From Malacoraja senta (taxonomy: Eukaryota): a DNA stretch of 64,000 nucleotides. Location: the NCBI GenBank assembly GCA_038087875.1, contig CM075988.1, forward strand, positions 12,526,001 through 12,590,000, given 5' to 3'. A program made the translations under genes and the position numbers. Every line of letters begins with the position of its first letter. The first letter of the stretch is position 1. This document shows, piece after piece, positions 12,014-23,389 of this stretch. Under the pieces are notes generated by a model. That model ran no database searches. It saw nothing but the letters and a program-made list of their open reading frames with translations, and was not told the DNA's origin.

Positions 12014-13764
12014 CTGTCTCCCCCTCCTCTCCGTCCACTCCCCACCCTCTCTCCTCCACTCCCCCCCTCCCTCCTCCAACCCCCCACTCCCCCCCCCCCA
12101 ATTTGGAAATGTCATCCCATCACCCATTCCTTCTCTCCAGAGATGCTGCCTGCCCGCTGAGTTAAATAGTTCCCACGGTAGACTCACGAGTCACTAAGGT
12201 AAACGCACGGGCCACTACGTTCTTACAACGTGTTTAAATGTTTCAATTTTTTAACTCAAGAGTACATTTTACTCGTGGAAAAGTTTAAACATGTTTGAAT
12301 TTTTCCAAGAGTTAACAAGTGTCACGGGTACCTGCCGTTAGCGCCAAGAGTCGCTAAGTTGCGTCCACGAGTTGCGACGTTCCCGCTAGGTTAATCGTAC
12401 GTGATTACCACAAGTTAAATTTGTTTTAAGCTCGGGGTACCTCGTGGGTCAGCTCGCACCGTGAGACAGGGGTTTAACACAATGAGAGAGAGTAGTCCTG
12501 AGCTACTATCTACCTCATTGGAGACCCTCAGATTATCTTTGATCGGACTTTACAGGACTTTTTCTTGCACTAAACGTTATTCGATTTGTCATTTATCTGT
12601 ACATGTGGATGGCCCGATTGTGATCATATATTGTCTTTCCATTGACTGGTTAGCATGCAACAAATGGTTTTCACTGTACCTCAGTACACTTGACAAACTC
12701 AACTCAACTCAGCCACAAAAGATATCAATGCAGTAGTCAAGACAGCTGTTCCAAAGAAAATATTATAAATTTGGCTGCAAAAATGATGCATGCAGTTTAT
12801 TCAGTGATATTCAATTAAGTAACACTGGATTCTCTAATGAGCAAGGACAGATGTTGTTTTCCAAAAGCTTGTGGGATCATTTCCTAATCAAGGGAAAATA
12901 ATGTTGCTGATCCCTGACAAAATGAGGAATCACAGCTATAGGTTACGAACGTCAATTATCCAAGTTTGCATATGCAAATTAACTCTAATTGGCAAAACTC
13001 ACTTCTAAATAACCCTAAAGTAAGAATTACTCTGTAAAGTGCTTTGGAGAATTCTCATGTTTTAATGGAAATTGACTTCAATTTTTAGTTCACTTTACAC
13101 AGTCTGTCATTTCATAACATATTTTCTCTTTTTATCAGCCATTCTTCCATTTGTTGTTTTATTTTATTTTGGCACATGGTTACTTTGCCCAAACAGTAGG
13201 TTGTTAGAGGTCAAGAACACAAGAACGACGGTTCATCTTCTGAATTATTTCCCTCCTTTCATAATTCAATAGTTTCCTCTCTGTCTTCCTCTTCCACCCA
13301 CCCCCCGCTTCTGCCCCCCCCCCCCCCACACTCCCTTCTGCCCCCCACCGCTAAGTGTATTTTGCCTTGAGTACAAAAGTAAAGGGAGCATCTGCTTCCA
13401 TTTCTTACCACAATTCCACATTGCTTACTTGCACTGTGTGGGAAGGAACTGCAGATGCTGGTTTAAACTGATGGGAGACACAAAAAGCAGGAGTAACACA
13501 GCGGGACAGGCAGCATCTCTGGAGAGATGGAATGGGTGATAGACAATATAATAGGTGCAGGAGTAGGCCATTCGGCCGCTCGAGCCAGCACCACCATTCA
13601 ATGTGATCATGGCTGATCACAAATTCTGTTCACAATACTCATTGCCTGGCATCTAAAAAACCTTGGTTTGGTGACTCCTCCTATGTCCTCATGTGGCTGG
13701 AATCGATCGGCCCTTGGCTTTCTCATGAGTTCAATAGTGGGGTATTGCTCATATTATGGCAGGT

Positions 13765-14225
13765 CCATCAGAGAGAAGTATAGAGTCGTGCAGCACGGAA
13801 ACAGGCCCTTCTGACCAACTTGCCCATGCCGACCAAGACGCCCCATCTATACTCGTCCCACCCGCCCTTGTTTGGCCCATATCCCTCATCGGTGTACCTG
13901 TCCAAATGGCTTTTAAACGTTGTCTCAGATGCAACTAATGAAGAATTTAGAAACTTTTAAAAACAACTTCACTAATTTTCTATTTGATTGCTCACAAATA
14001 GTGCACTGTGTATTTAAAAACTATTCTAGTACCTGCCTTAACTTATTCCTCTGGCAGTTTGTTCCATATACCCACCACCCTCCATCAAAATGTTGCCCCT
14101 CAGCTTCCATTAAATCTTTCTCCTCTCACCGTAAACCTATGCCCTCAAGTTCTTGATTACCCAACTCTGGGTTCAAGACTCTTTAATCAACCCTATCTAT
14201 TCACCTCATGAACTTATGCACTTCC
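13765..14225 (-). mobile_element. CR1 LINE 3' fragment
   Basis: GGAAACAGGCCCTTC...CCAACTTGCCCATGCCGACCAAG tail, followed by a CR1 body. Confidence 0.75.
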
Positions 14226-14307
14226 TCTTCAGATTGAGGTCTGATGTGCACTGAACATAACTTGCACTTGACTTTCTGTGACCTTCTGCATTGGTTCTGA
14301 TGGGACT

Positions 14308-14596
14308 GGGCGGCACGGTGGCGCAGAGGTGGAGTTGGTGCTTTATGGCGCAAGAGTCCCGGGTTCGATCCTGACTCCGGGTTTGTACATTCTTGCCGTG
14401 ACCTGCATGTGTTTCATCCGGGTCCTCACATCCTTCCTCCCACACTCCAAAGACGTACGGGTTTGTAGATTAATTGGCTTCAGTAAAATTGTAAATTGTC
14501 CCTAGTGTGCGTAGTGTACGGGGATCGCTGGTCGGCGCGGACTTGGTGGGCCAAAGGGCCTGTTTCCGCGCTGTATCTCTAAAGCTAAAACTAAAA
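14308..14596 (+). mobile_element. HE1-type V-SINE
   Basis: GGCACGGTGGCGCAG A box, GGGTTCGATCC B box, V-domain and CR1 tail. Confidence 0.9.
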
Positions 14597-15467
14597 GACC
14601 AGACAAGACTAATAGAATGAGTGGGAACTCCAGGTGACATAGGTTCTCCTACATTAATCCCAATTCTGGGGCATACATTTCAGCAATGTAACTATCCGAG
14701 AGGTGGGTGTTCTTGTTTTTGACATGCAGACCCAACAATGTTTTTGTTATGTGAACTTTAACTGGCAGGCCACTGATGTGACGAGTTTCTGAATGAAAGT
14801 CTATAATTATATAAAAACCCTTTCTGTAGTGTGCTGTCTTTTTAACAGCATAATTATTGATTTCAGCATATCTGTCAAAAATCCTCTTCAAAATATTGAA
14901 TCATCTTTTGATTCCTGAGCAAATTATGACATCTAACTTTTCAGGACTATTGCTTCATTTTAATGCAGTTATATAATCTTCATTTTGGGACAGAAGCTGC
15001 AACAGAAAGCAGACTGCAAACCTTTTAGGGTTAAATTGAATTGTCACCTTCTACCTGAGTTTGGATATTATCCAAAAATGACACTGAAGAGACAGGTCTT
15101 TTTTCTGGTGTGCTCTTTTGAGAATTTCAGACATTCAATTTGAGAAATACTGTCTGATCGTTCAACATCAGTCACTAATTCACGTCAAAGCTTAATTTTT
15201 GACACTAGGTGACAAAAACAACACAAAGGAAAATGTCACCGTACTTTATGAGGAGCTATTTATTTGCGTAACAGTTTTGCTAAACTCCTGAAATGGTGCC
15301 TCAGATCTTGCCATGTTCTGACCATTTCCAACTTTAGATCTTGCCCTTTAACACTTGCGTGTGTGGTTGGTCATACTAACCTTGACTTGTCAATCCATCC
15401 AACAAGCTAACCCCACACCAGAGGAAAACAAGTGACATTTCTGATGAGTACAATATGTGGAGCTCGG

Positions 15468-16276
15468 CATCAGGTGGCGCCGCATGCGGCAGCCTCGCCA
15501 GCAGCTGTTTGTCCTTTCAACCTTTTTTGTTAATTTTCGTCTGTCTAAACGTATGTTTCTGGAGGTCTTTTAGTCTTTTTTTATGTGGGGGGTAGGGGGG
15601 CGGGAAGGGGGTAACCGTTTTCTCAGTCACTACCTGGTCGAGGATGCGTCTTTTCTCCGAGTCGCATCTTTGCCCCCTCCTCGCGGCCTACCACCTGGAT
15701 TGGCGCAGCCTTTTCTGCCGGAGGCCGGCCAGAGCTTCAGCGGCAGCGCAGCACTGAATTCCATCGTGGAGCGGGCGATGCCTTACTGCGGATCGCGGTG
15801 TGGAGATCCGGAGTGTTGGGCCAGCTGATTACATCGTGGAGCTGTGGTTTGCGGAGCTTCCATCTGCGGGCGGCCCTGGGATCTTTGCCGGGGTCGTCAG
15901 CGTTGAATCTCCGCCCAGCTCAGCCTGTGGACTTTGTGAGCCGCGGTCTCTGGTAGGAAGTGGCCGATTCGGAAACTTCAAGCCGCTGAGTTCTCCGTTC
16001 TGATGCCGGAGCTCCGATCATCCCGGCGAGAGGGCCTGAAACATCGGGCCGCCGTTGCAGAGGGCCCAAAAGGTCCCGACCACGGGTGAACAAGAGGAAG
16101 AGGACTGAACTTTATTGCCTTCCCTCACAGTGGGAAACGTTGATTCCGCTGTGTGGGGATGTTCATGTTAAATTCTATCATGTATTGTGTTCTTTTTATT
16201 CGTATGACTGATTCAAATTTCACTGTCCCAATTGGTGCATATGACAATAAATGTCTCTTGAACTCTTGAACTCTCT
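15468..16276 (+). mobile_element. GC-rich non-autonomous retroposon, copy B
   Basis: Starts CATCAGGTGGCGC, has a CpG-rich body, and ends TTTCACTGT...TGACAATAAA plus (CTCTTGAA)2, like Rex1-type tails in the window. Confidence 0.7.
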
Positions 16277-16376
16277 TTTGGAGTGGAAAATTTATAATTG
16301 GATCCCAATCACATACGTCAGACACGAGTGTTGTGATTCCGACTCATTAATAACTGTGGCACCAAACAGTGTATAA

Positions 16377-16660
16377 TGCCCCTGTCCCACTTGGGAAACC
16401 TCTGGAGACTTTGCGCCCCACCCAAGGTTTCCATGTGGTTCCCGGAGGTTTTTGTCAGTCTCCCTAATGGTCAAAAGTGGTTTCCGCGTCCTCTATGTTT
16501 ATTATTTCAAAAAATTCAAAACCGGCCGCGACTAAAAATAGGTTGCCGTTTAAAAAATCGGTCATTTTTTAGTCGAAGCCGGTTGCGATGCTAGTTGAAG
16601 GTGGTTGCAGGTAGACCTTCCACTACCTGCAAACTCCGGCAACCACCTTCAACTAGCATC
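16377..16660. mobile_element. PIF/Harbinger-type MITE, truncated (same family as 2546)
   Basis: TAA followed by TGCCCCTGTCCCACTTGGGAAACCT, near-identical to the 2546 copy. The right TIR is replaced by a 22-bp fold-back. Confidence 0.8.
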
Positions 16661-17399
16661 GTGTGGGGAAACGTTGGGCCGAAGGTCTAGTTTTTGTGCT
16701 GTTTCTGACTTTATGACTCCTCGGAACCTCCAATAAAACAGATTCAAATTCACGCTGCATTTCCATTCAGATCTCAGGTGTTGCGTTATGATAATGAGCC
16801 CAGAAGCTCAAATTCAAGAGCGATCAGTGTCATTGTCCAGGCAATGTTACAGACTGCAACACAAGGTAATATCTAACCCTGTGTGCACGTGTTGAATAAG
16901 TCCAGAAATCTCTTGTTAATTCCCGTGAGCTACGCCATGGTTAACGTGCCGTGTGATCTAAGAGGCTGTGTTAGCTCACAATTTCAGTGACAGCAGAGAA
17001 CAGATGACAGCAATTTAACGGAACTAGGTGCAGTGTCCTTCAAGGTTTTACAAAAAGCTGGCAAGTGGAATTATCGTCACATTATTTCTCGTTCATCATT
17101 ATCATTTCTTCACTTAGTTGGTGAAGCCTTTCCTTTATAAAGATATTTTTCTAGGTGCAATAGTATAATTTGACAGTGCAGCTGAGGGACAATATGTGAA
17201 GCTGGAAGTTTCAAAGACCACATTGACAAAATGGTAGTCTAATGGAGAAAGTACAACAGACTATTCTTGCTGTCATACAGATTGCATGACATTCTTAGCA
17301 CCAGCCTCCAGTTACAATTGATGCATGAAAATCTGATTAACCCAGCATGTCAGATGTAGAACATAACCCAGGACTTTTCATAGGAACAAGGGTGGAAAT

Positions 17400-17490
17400 T
17401 TTTAATTGTTTTTGCGCAAATAGAAAGACCACCAAACCGGAAGATAACAAGATCAGAGTTTTAGTTATATATAGATAGATAGAAGATAGA
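17400..17490 (-). mobile_element. Possible Helitron 5' end fragment
   Basis: Minus strand begins TCTATCTATATATAACTAAAACTCTGATCTTG, resembling non-autonomous Helitron starts. No CTRR 3' end found. Confidence 0.3.
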
Positions 17491-18252
17491 TATATATTGC
17501 TATTTATTTTATTTATTTTTTACAGCAGTGTAAACTGCATATTAGAGTCGAACAGAGGTCTTCGATTCAGCACATGCTCAATTTCTTGTAAACCTATCAG
17601 ACGTAAAGCTTCCTCTGTCCAAAGTTGATATTTAATTAATGAAATGGCTGTCAATAAGAATTGCCCTCCACATTGATGAGCACTTAACACTAGATTTTGA
17701 AGATGCATTGTCGCCTGCACTGGATGTACTTACATTAGTTTGACTGTTTTGACATTTTAGTGCTTTGTAATTGCAACATTAATATAACTTGTTGAACCCC
17801 AGTGAGAATAAATCCTTTTAGTGATTATCAAACCATAATCTTACTTAACTCAGAGTGTTACATGACAGACAAATGTTTTCAACAGCGATTGAGAACAGCC
17901 ACAATGTATTGGCCCTGATAAAGAGAATCATTTTATTATACACAGTTTTATGGTCCTCCATATTTTCACTATGTCTTCTGTGTGCAAACTTGTTTCAAGT
18001 AACTACACTATAAAATATCTCAATTGGATTAAATTTTAGAATCCCTGGATCTTTAGTGTCACTACCAGTTAAGGAATAAATTCTAAATCTGTATGTTTTC
18101 TTGATTTATACCACATATACATAGAGACACAAAATACTGGGGTAACTCAGCGGGACAGGTCGAGACCCTTCTTCAGAATAGTCAGGGAAAAGGGAAACAA
18201 AAGATATAGACAGTGATGTAGAGAGATATAGAACAAATGAATGAATGAATGA

Positions 18253-21200
18253 TGTAATGGCAATTTCAAACTAAGACCATTGTTTTAGGTCTTCCTGCTT
18301 GGGAATGTCTAGATGAGAAGCAGGTATGGTCTTATGTGTGAACACATCAGATAGTTGTATAAAATTGTCTTTATCCAGACTAGATATTTCCAAACCTGAG
18401 ATAAGAGGACTGAACACAGACTTCTCTTCATTTATGGTACGCAAGAGAATCTTAATCTTTGTCCTGTAATGTTCAGCCTTCTCATCAAGCTTTCTGTGCA
18501 ATAGGTAGTTGAACTTCCATGATCCAAAATTGCGATTGTTTGCAACACCGTGTCGCCTTTCCGGCTCTTTGCCTGTACTGGTAAAATGGAGAAGATACAG
18601 GTTTCTTCACCGGCCCCAACATGCGCACACATCCCAGATGAGGAAACAGCATCACTCACAGTTGGCTTCTCATTCTGTTCTGTATGCTCCGGCTTCTTCT
18701 CTGTGTTCTTCTATTCAGTGTGAAGTATTTCAGGATGATCTTGTTTGCACACGCCACAAGTCATATGACTTGCAGTTTCAACTCACGTGTCCTCTCTTCA
18801 AACATCCAAAGCAGACTCCCTTCCACTTTAAGAAGTCCATCTTTTCTTTATGCCCCTTCTGCTTGATCAGTTGACACTGCCCTAATGTGTGACCACTTTT
18901 ATTATCAAAAAAAACAAGAACCTTGAGTGTTAATGGTAGATGCATCTCTTCTCAATCCACCTGTTGTCGGATTTCCTTGCACTGCTGTTTCTACAGGTAA
19001 TATAGTTGTCGCAAAACGTTCCTTTCTTTCCTGATCTTTCTCTTGTTTTAGCAAAAGAAGAACCTTTGACAGTTGCCATTGGTCTAGGATCCTGAATGCT
19101 TCTAAAAAGTGGATCTGATATTATCTCCACTTGCCACTCCATGAAATCCACCAGATCAGGAAATATAGCTCGACGTCCATTTGTTTTCTGTATCTCACAT
19201 GCAATATCCCTCCACGTCTCCAAGCCTGTAAGGCAATTTTAGAAGGATTGTCTTCACATTGGTAGCAACATTCATTTCCTCCATATAGGTGAGATGTTCC
19301 ATTGCATTGCAACAACCTCTAAGAAACAGCAAAAATGCATGCAATGCCTTCACCTCCTCTGCCTTGATAACTGACCAAGCTAAAGCCTTGCTCATGTATA
19401 CATTGTCAATCATGTTCATTACCAAAATATTTTTTAAGCAGAGCTTTCGCCTTTTGATAGCCTTCGGCTGGAGGCAAATGTCGGCAACTGTGGACTAGCT
19501 CTATTAGATGCCCTCTTGTGATTTGCTCTAGAAAACGCAAGCAATCACTCTTATTAGTAGTTTTACTTTCCACTCCTTCCTCAAATGCTGTAATGAAAAC
19601 TTCATACTGCAAAGGTTCACCTTCATTAACAGGAATGTCTCTTGGGGGTAAGGTAGAAGAGATATGTTGTTGAGTTAGAAGAGTAGTAATCCGATTCTGC
19701 TTCTCTATTAATTTGAATACCATGTTGTTCTCCATCATTCCATACAGGGGGAGCAGTGCTAACAGGCCCCTGGTCACCCTTACTCCTATGAGTCTGTACA
19801 TTTGGCCTCTGAAAAGAGTGCTGAGTTAGGTGGGTCTTAACATGAGCCCAAACAGGTGGTTCATAAGTTGTTGTTTTGGTCTAACAACCTGTTGCACCTG
19901 ATCAGGCCAGTATTTATCTTCCTGTAGATTTAATTTAGCTGCTGGTTCCCTTTTAGCAGCTCCTTCTTCCATAAAAGAGCTAATCCTGTGAGATAGTCTT
20001 GATCTGCTTCTAGAACCCTTGCCAACAAGTATGTTGATCCTGGCACTGGCTACTGCCATCTCCGTCTTTAGTTCCACCTGTTCCTTCTCTCTTTTCGATT
20101 GCCCCTTTCGTGCCTCAGCCTCTCTTATCAATTGCTCTTCTTGTGCTTCAAGCTCGTGCGTTTTGTCCATGGCGGCAGCCCGTTCCAAGAGAACAGCCAT
20201 ATCTACTTGAGCTTCAATACGAGAAGAGACCCTTGAAAATGCACATGATGAAGAAATAGATATGTGGCTTCCATCTTCATCTTGAGACATTTGAAATACT
20301 CTCTTCATGTCTTATCTCTGATTCTACAACACTCTGTTGTAAGGCACCTTCAACTATGGAGTGTGTAGTTTGCTATCCAACTTCAGATAAACACCTCTCT
20401 ACATCTATAAAACCATTAAAATATTCCATCATTTCTTGAAACCACTGATCTTGCCTTTCAAGCTCCCTTTTAGGCAATGACAATGACTAGTAGTTTTCTC
20501 TGCTTTCATTGCAGAGCTTAATTGATTCAACAGGTGAGATTATACTTCCTTCGCATTTTCATCTGATTTCATGAGCTCCTTCAGCTTTTCAATTAACTTG
20601 TTAGCTCGTTTACATAACGCGTTTCTTGACTTCTCATATCTTTCCAAGAGTAATTCCTGGCCTTTGTCGGTGAGTTTAATGGTTCTTCTTTCACATTTTC
20701 CAGAGTCCTGTTCCACTTGGCCCTCTTGTGGCTGAGCTTTAGACATACTGGTTGGCTATCCCTTTAAGACGTGTTGACGTAATGACGTGTTGACGTAAAG
20801 CCGTATGCTTATCAGACTGGAATTCAAAACAATCAGCGGGAATTCAAAACATCGTTAAATTTGAGATTCTCAAGGTCAGTCTTCATGCTTCCATAGTAAC
20901 AATCGTTCCTTAAATCTGCTACTTGCAGCTTTTCTCGAAGCCATCCCACAAACACTCTTTTAACACAGCCTCTTGGCCGTTCCATAAAGCTTAAAGCAGC
21001 CTTTTAATACAGCCTTCTCCCATAAAAGCTGTTCCTTAAAGCCTTTCAGCCTTATCAATACAGCATAATGCAGCTTACCAATAAAACTTAATGCAGTAGC
21101 TGTTCATTTACTCATGATCTCCTGCGCTGGCTTTCGAAGTTTCCAATCTTCCTTCTTCAGATAGCACAGCAGTTGACCGTGTCGAGTTGACGGCGTCAGG

Positions 21201-21725
21201 CAGATTCTTTGTTCCAGTTTAGGCTTCAATTCCACTCATAGAGAACAGTTTTTTTCCTTTATTTTCACTTGTAGAGGGTAGTTTCTTTTTTACTTTAATG
21301 TAATGGCAATTTCAAACTATTCCAAGCTGCAACTTTCCATTGCCGTTACTACACAAGCAGGGAGGAGTGATCGACGCAGCCGATAGCAAAAACGAATCCT
21401 CCTGACGTTCTTTCCAGTTTAGTTGATTCTTTATTGAAATAGTTGCAAACACAAAGAAACATACCAGATCCTCTTTATTCTTATACAAATCATAGCTTTC
21501 CAATCTTACTATCTGATCTGGTAAAAAACTATATTCCTTCTCTCCTGCTCGCTCCAGTCGATCTTATCACTCCCAGTGGTTTCGCTAGCCTCATCCGATG
21601 TATGTCAAGCCCATCTACGTATCAAAATCCCACCCCAAGCATACAAAATAATTCTGCAAGGAATATCAAGACAAAATAATAAAATATGCTAACAGTAACT
21701 AGCCTAAGCAAGATTGGCTCCTACA
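18253..21725 (-). mobile_element. BEL/Pao LTR retrotransposon, internally deleted
   Basis: Frameshifted Gag (LPPRDIP..EGEPLQY..F..AFE...GYQKAKALLKKYFG), Cys/His knuckles (CFGCLKRGH, CGVCKQDHPEILH) and protease ILPV...AILDHGSSTTYCTE. TG...CA ends and 5-bp TSD AATGA/AAAGA. Confidence 0.9.
21299..21725 (-). repeat. 5' LTR of the BEL/Pao element (427 bp)
   Basis: Minus strand reads TGTAGGAG...TGCCATTACA with an internal AATAAA. The last 21 bp are repeated at 18253-18273. Confidence 0.85.
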
Positions 21726-22184
21726 AAAGATGTGCAAAAAAGTAACAATGATAAAGACAACAAGCCATTGTTAGCTGTTTGCAAGGTGAGAACTTGCATT
21801 CATTTGTTCTACATCTTTCTACATCACTGTCTATATCACTCATTTCCCTTTCTCCCGAGTAGTCTGTAGAAGGGTCTCAACCCAAAATGTCACCCATTTC
21901 TTCTCTCCAGAGATGCTGCCTGTCCGTTGAGTTACTTCAGCATTTTGTGTCCATCTTCGGTTTAAACCAGCATCTGCAGTTCCTTCCTACACCTGTACAC
22001 AGTACATTTGTTTCCACGCACTGCTGTTCTGTCTTGCCTCCAGACAAATGTCTCCAATTGGAAGCAAAGATGGCATTTGCTTTTATTTAGGCCATTAACT
22101 GAGTGATGTGGATATTGCGTCCATTGGTTAAGAGTTGGCAAACATTGCCGAAAGTTGTGCAGGAGAAAACGAGTAATCTCTATT

Positions 22185-23235
22185 GTGTAAGAAGGAACTG
22201 CAGATGCTGGTTTAAACCGAAGATAGACACAAAAAGCTGGAGTAACTCAGCGGGACAGGCAGCATCTCTGGAGAGAAGCAAAGGGTGATGTTTCAGGTCA
22301 AAACTCTTCTTCAAGACGAGTTGGCTCAACCCATAATAAAGACACCTGGGATGAAAGCTTACAATATATAAATCACTGCTCGTTAAATGCTAGACACTCC
22401 TTGATACATTTAAAAATAGACTACATTATTCTAAGGCAAAATTAAAGAGGATTTTTCCAAATATTTCCTCTCTCTGTGATAAATGTCAATTTCAAGAAGC
22501 CAACTTAACGCATACCTTTGTAACTTGTATAAAATTCTACATTTTTGGGCGGACATTTTAAAAATTATTTCTGAAGTTATCAAATATCCAACTGGACCCA
22601 GAGCCAAAATTAATAATTTTAGGATTATCAGAACATAGCACAAACTTTACGATAATTCAGAGACAATTTCTTGATTACAGTCTAATAACTGCAAAAAAAT
22701 TAATACTAAAATTTTGGAAAAACCCAGCAGCCCCAACAATTAAAATGTAGATTATGGAAATGACTGAGACCTTGCATTTGGAAAAAATAAGATTTGTCTT
22801 AATTGACAAACCAGAATTATTTGTTAGAATATGGTCTCCATTTATTGAATTTTTGAAAAAGTTAATTGGTTTAACACCAGATCAGGGTTGAAACCTGAGT
22901 TTGGGATTGGATGAATAGTTATACTCACCATTTCCTGGATCTATCTCCACAATCTTGTTATTGGTAGTTTCCTTTTGCGTCTCCTTTAAAAAAAAATTAG
23001 TTTCTCTCATCTTTTTCTCTCTTTATCATTATTCTTTTAAAAAATTAATTTAAAAAATACCTGAAGCATGTCAGAAATCTGTAATTAAATTGTCGCTCAC
23101 TATTATTTGTATACATGCTTCTAATAAAAATACTTAAATTAAAAAAAAAAAAACTCTTCTTCAGACTGAAGGGTCTCGACCTGAAGCGTCACCCATTCCT
23201 TCTCTCCAGAGATGCTGCCTGTCCCGCTGAGTAAT
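22185..23235. mobile_element. Penelope-like fold-back terminus split by L1
   Basis: Arms at 22185-22313 and 23150-23235 lie in opposite orientation. Confidence 0.8.
22314..23149 (+). mobile_element. L1-clade LINE, 5'-truncated (ORF2 C-terminus + 3' UTR + polyA)
   Basis: RLHYSKAKLKRIFP..SLCDKCQFQEANLTHTFVTC (CCHC knuckle)...AKKLILKFWK...LHLEKIRF...IWSPFIEFL. AATAAA plus A-tail, with 14-bp TSD AAAACTCTTCTTCA. Confidence 0.9.
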
Positions 23236-23389
23236 CGCTGTTGCCTGGTGTTCAGCCTTTCCAATATTGGTTCCTGTTGGGCATCCGCTTCAGGGGTACT
23301 CTGACAATGATAATGTCCAGCAGATTGAGCCAGCAAAGCTCACGAAAAACCAGGAGGTTTTAAGGGCTATTTTAATGGTTTAGTAGTTT

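Larger units (their letters stand above)
10441..12474. mobile_element. 2034-bp non-autonomous PIF/Harbinger-type element with cargo
   Basis: 37-bp TIR AA(G/C)CCCTGTCTCACGGTGCGAG(T/C)TGACCCACGAGGTA with direct TAA TSD (10438-40, 12475-77). No transposase recognised. Confidence 0.9.
10312..12712 (+). mobile_element. Rex1/Babar LINE 3' end split by a 2-kb TIR element
   Basis: 10312-10435 encodes PGHSLFSPLPSGKRCRRVK...RFRDG..PAAIRQLN, comparable to the 23617 LINE. The 3' UTR resumes at 12478 and ends in TGACAAACTCAACTCAACTC. Confidence 0.8.
18122..21993. mobile_element. Penelope-like fold-back terminus split by the BEL/Pao insertion
   Basis: 18122-18250 plus 21726-21790 form one arm, and 21795-21993 is the inverted arm. 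Confidence 0.75.

Noticed and set aside
11282..12197. Several 95-178-aa ORFs rich in CV/SL/ER/HT
   Set aside because: Dinucleotide low-complexity sequence. Only the short spliced segment 12013-11962 is retained as a candidate exon.
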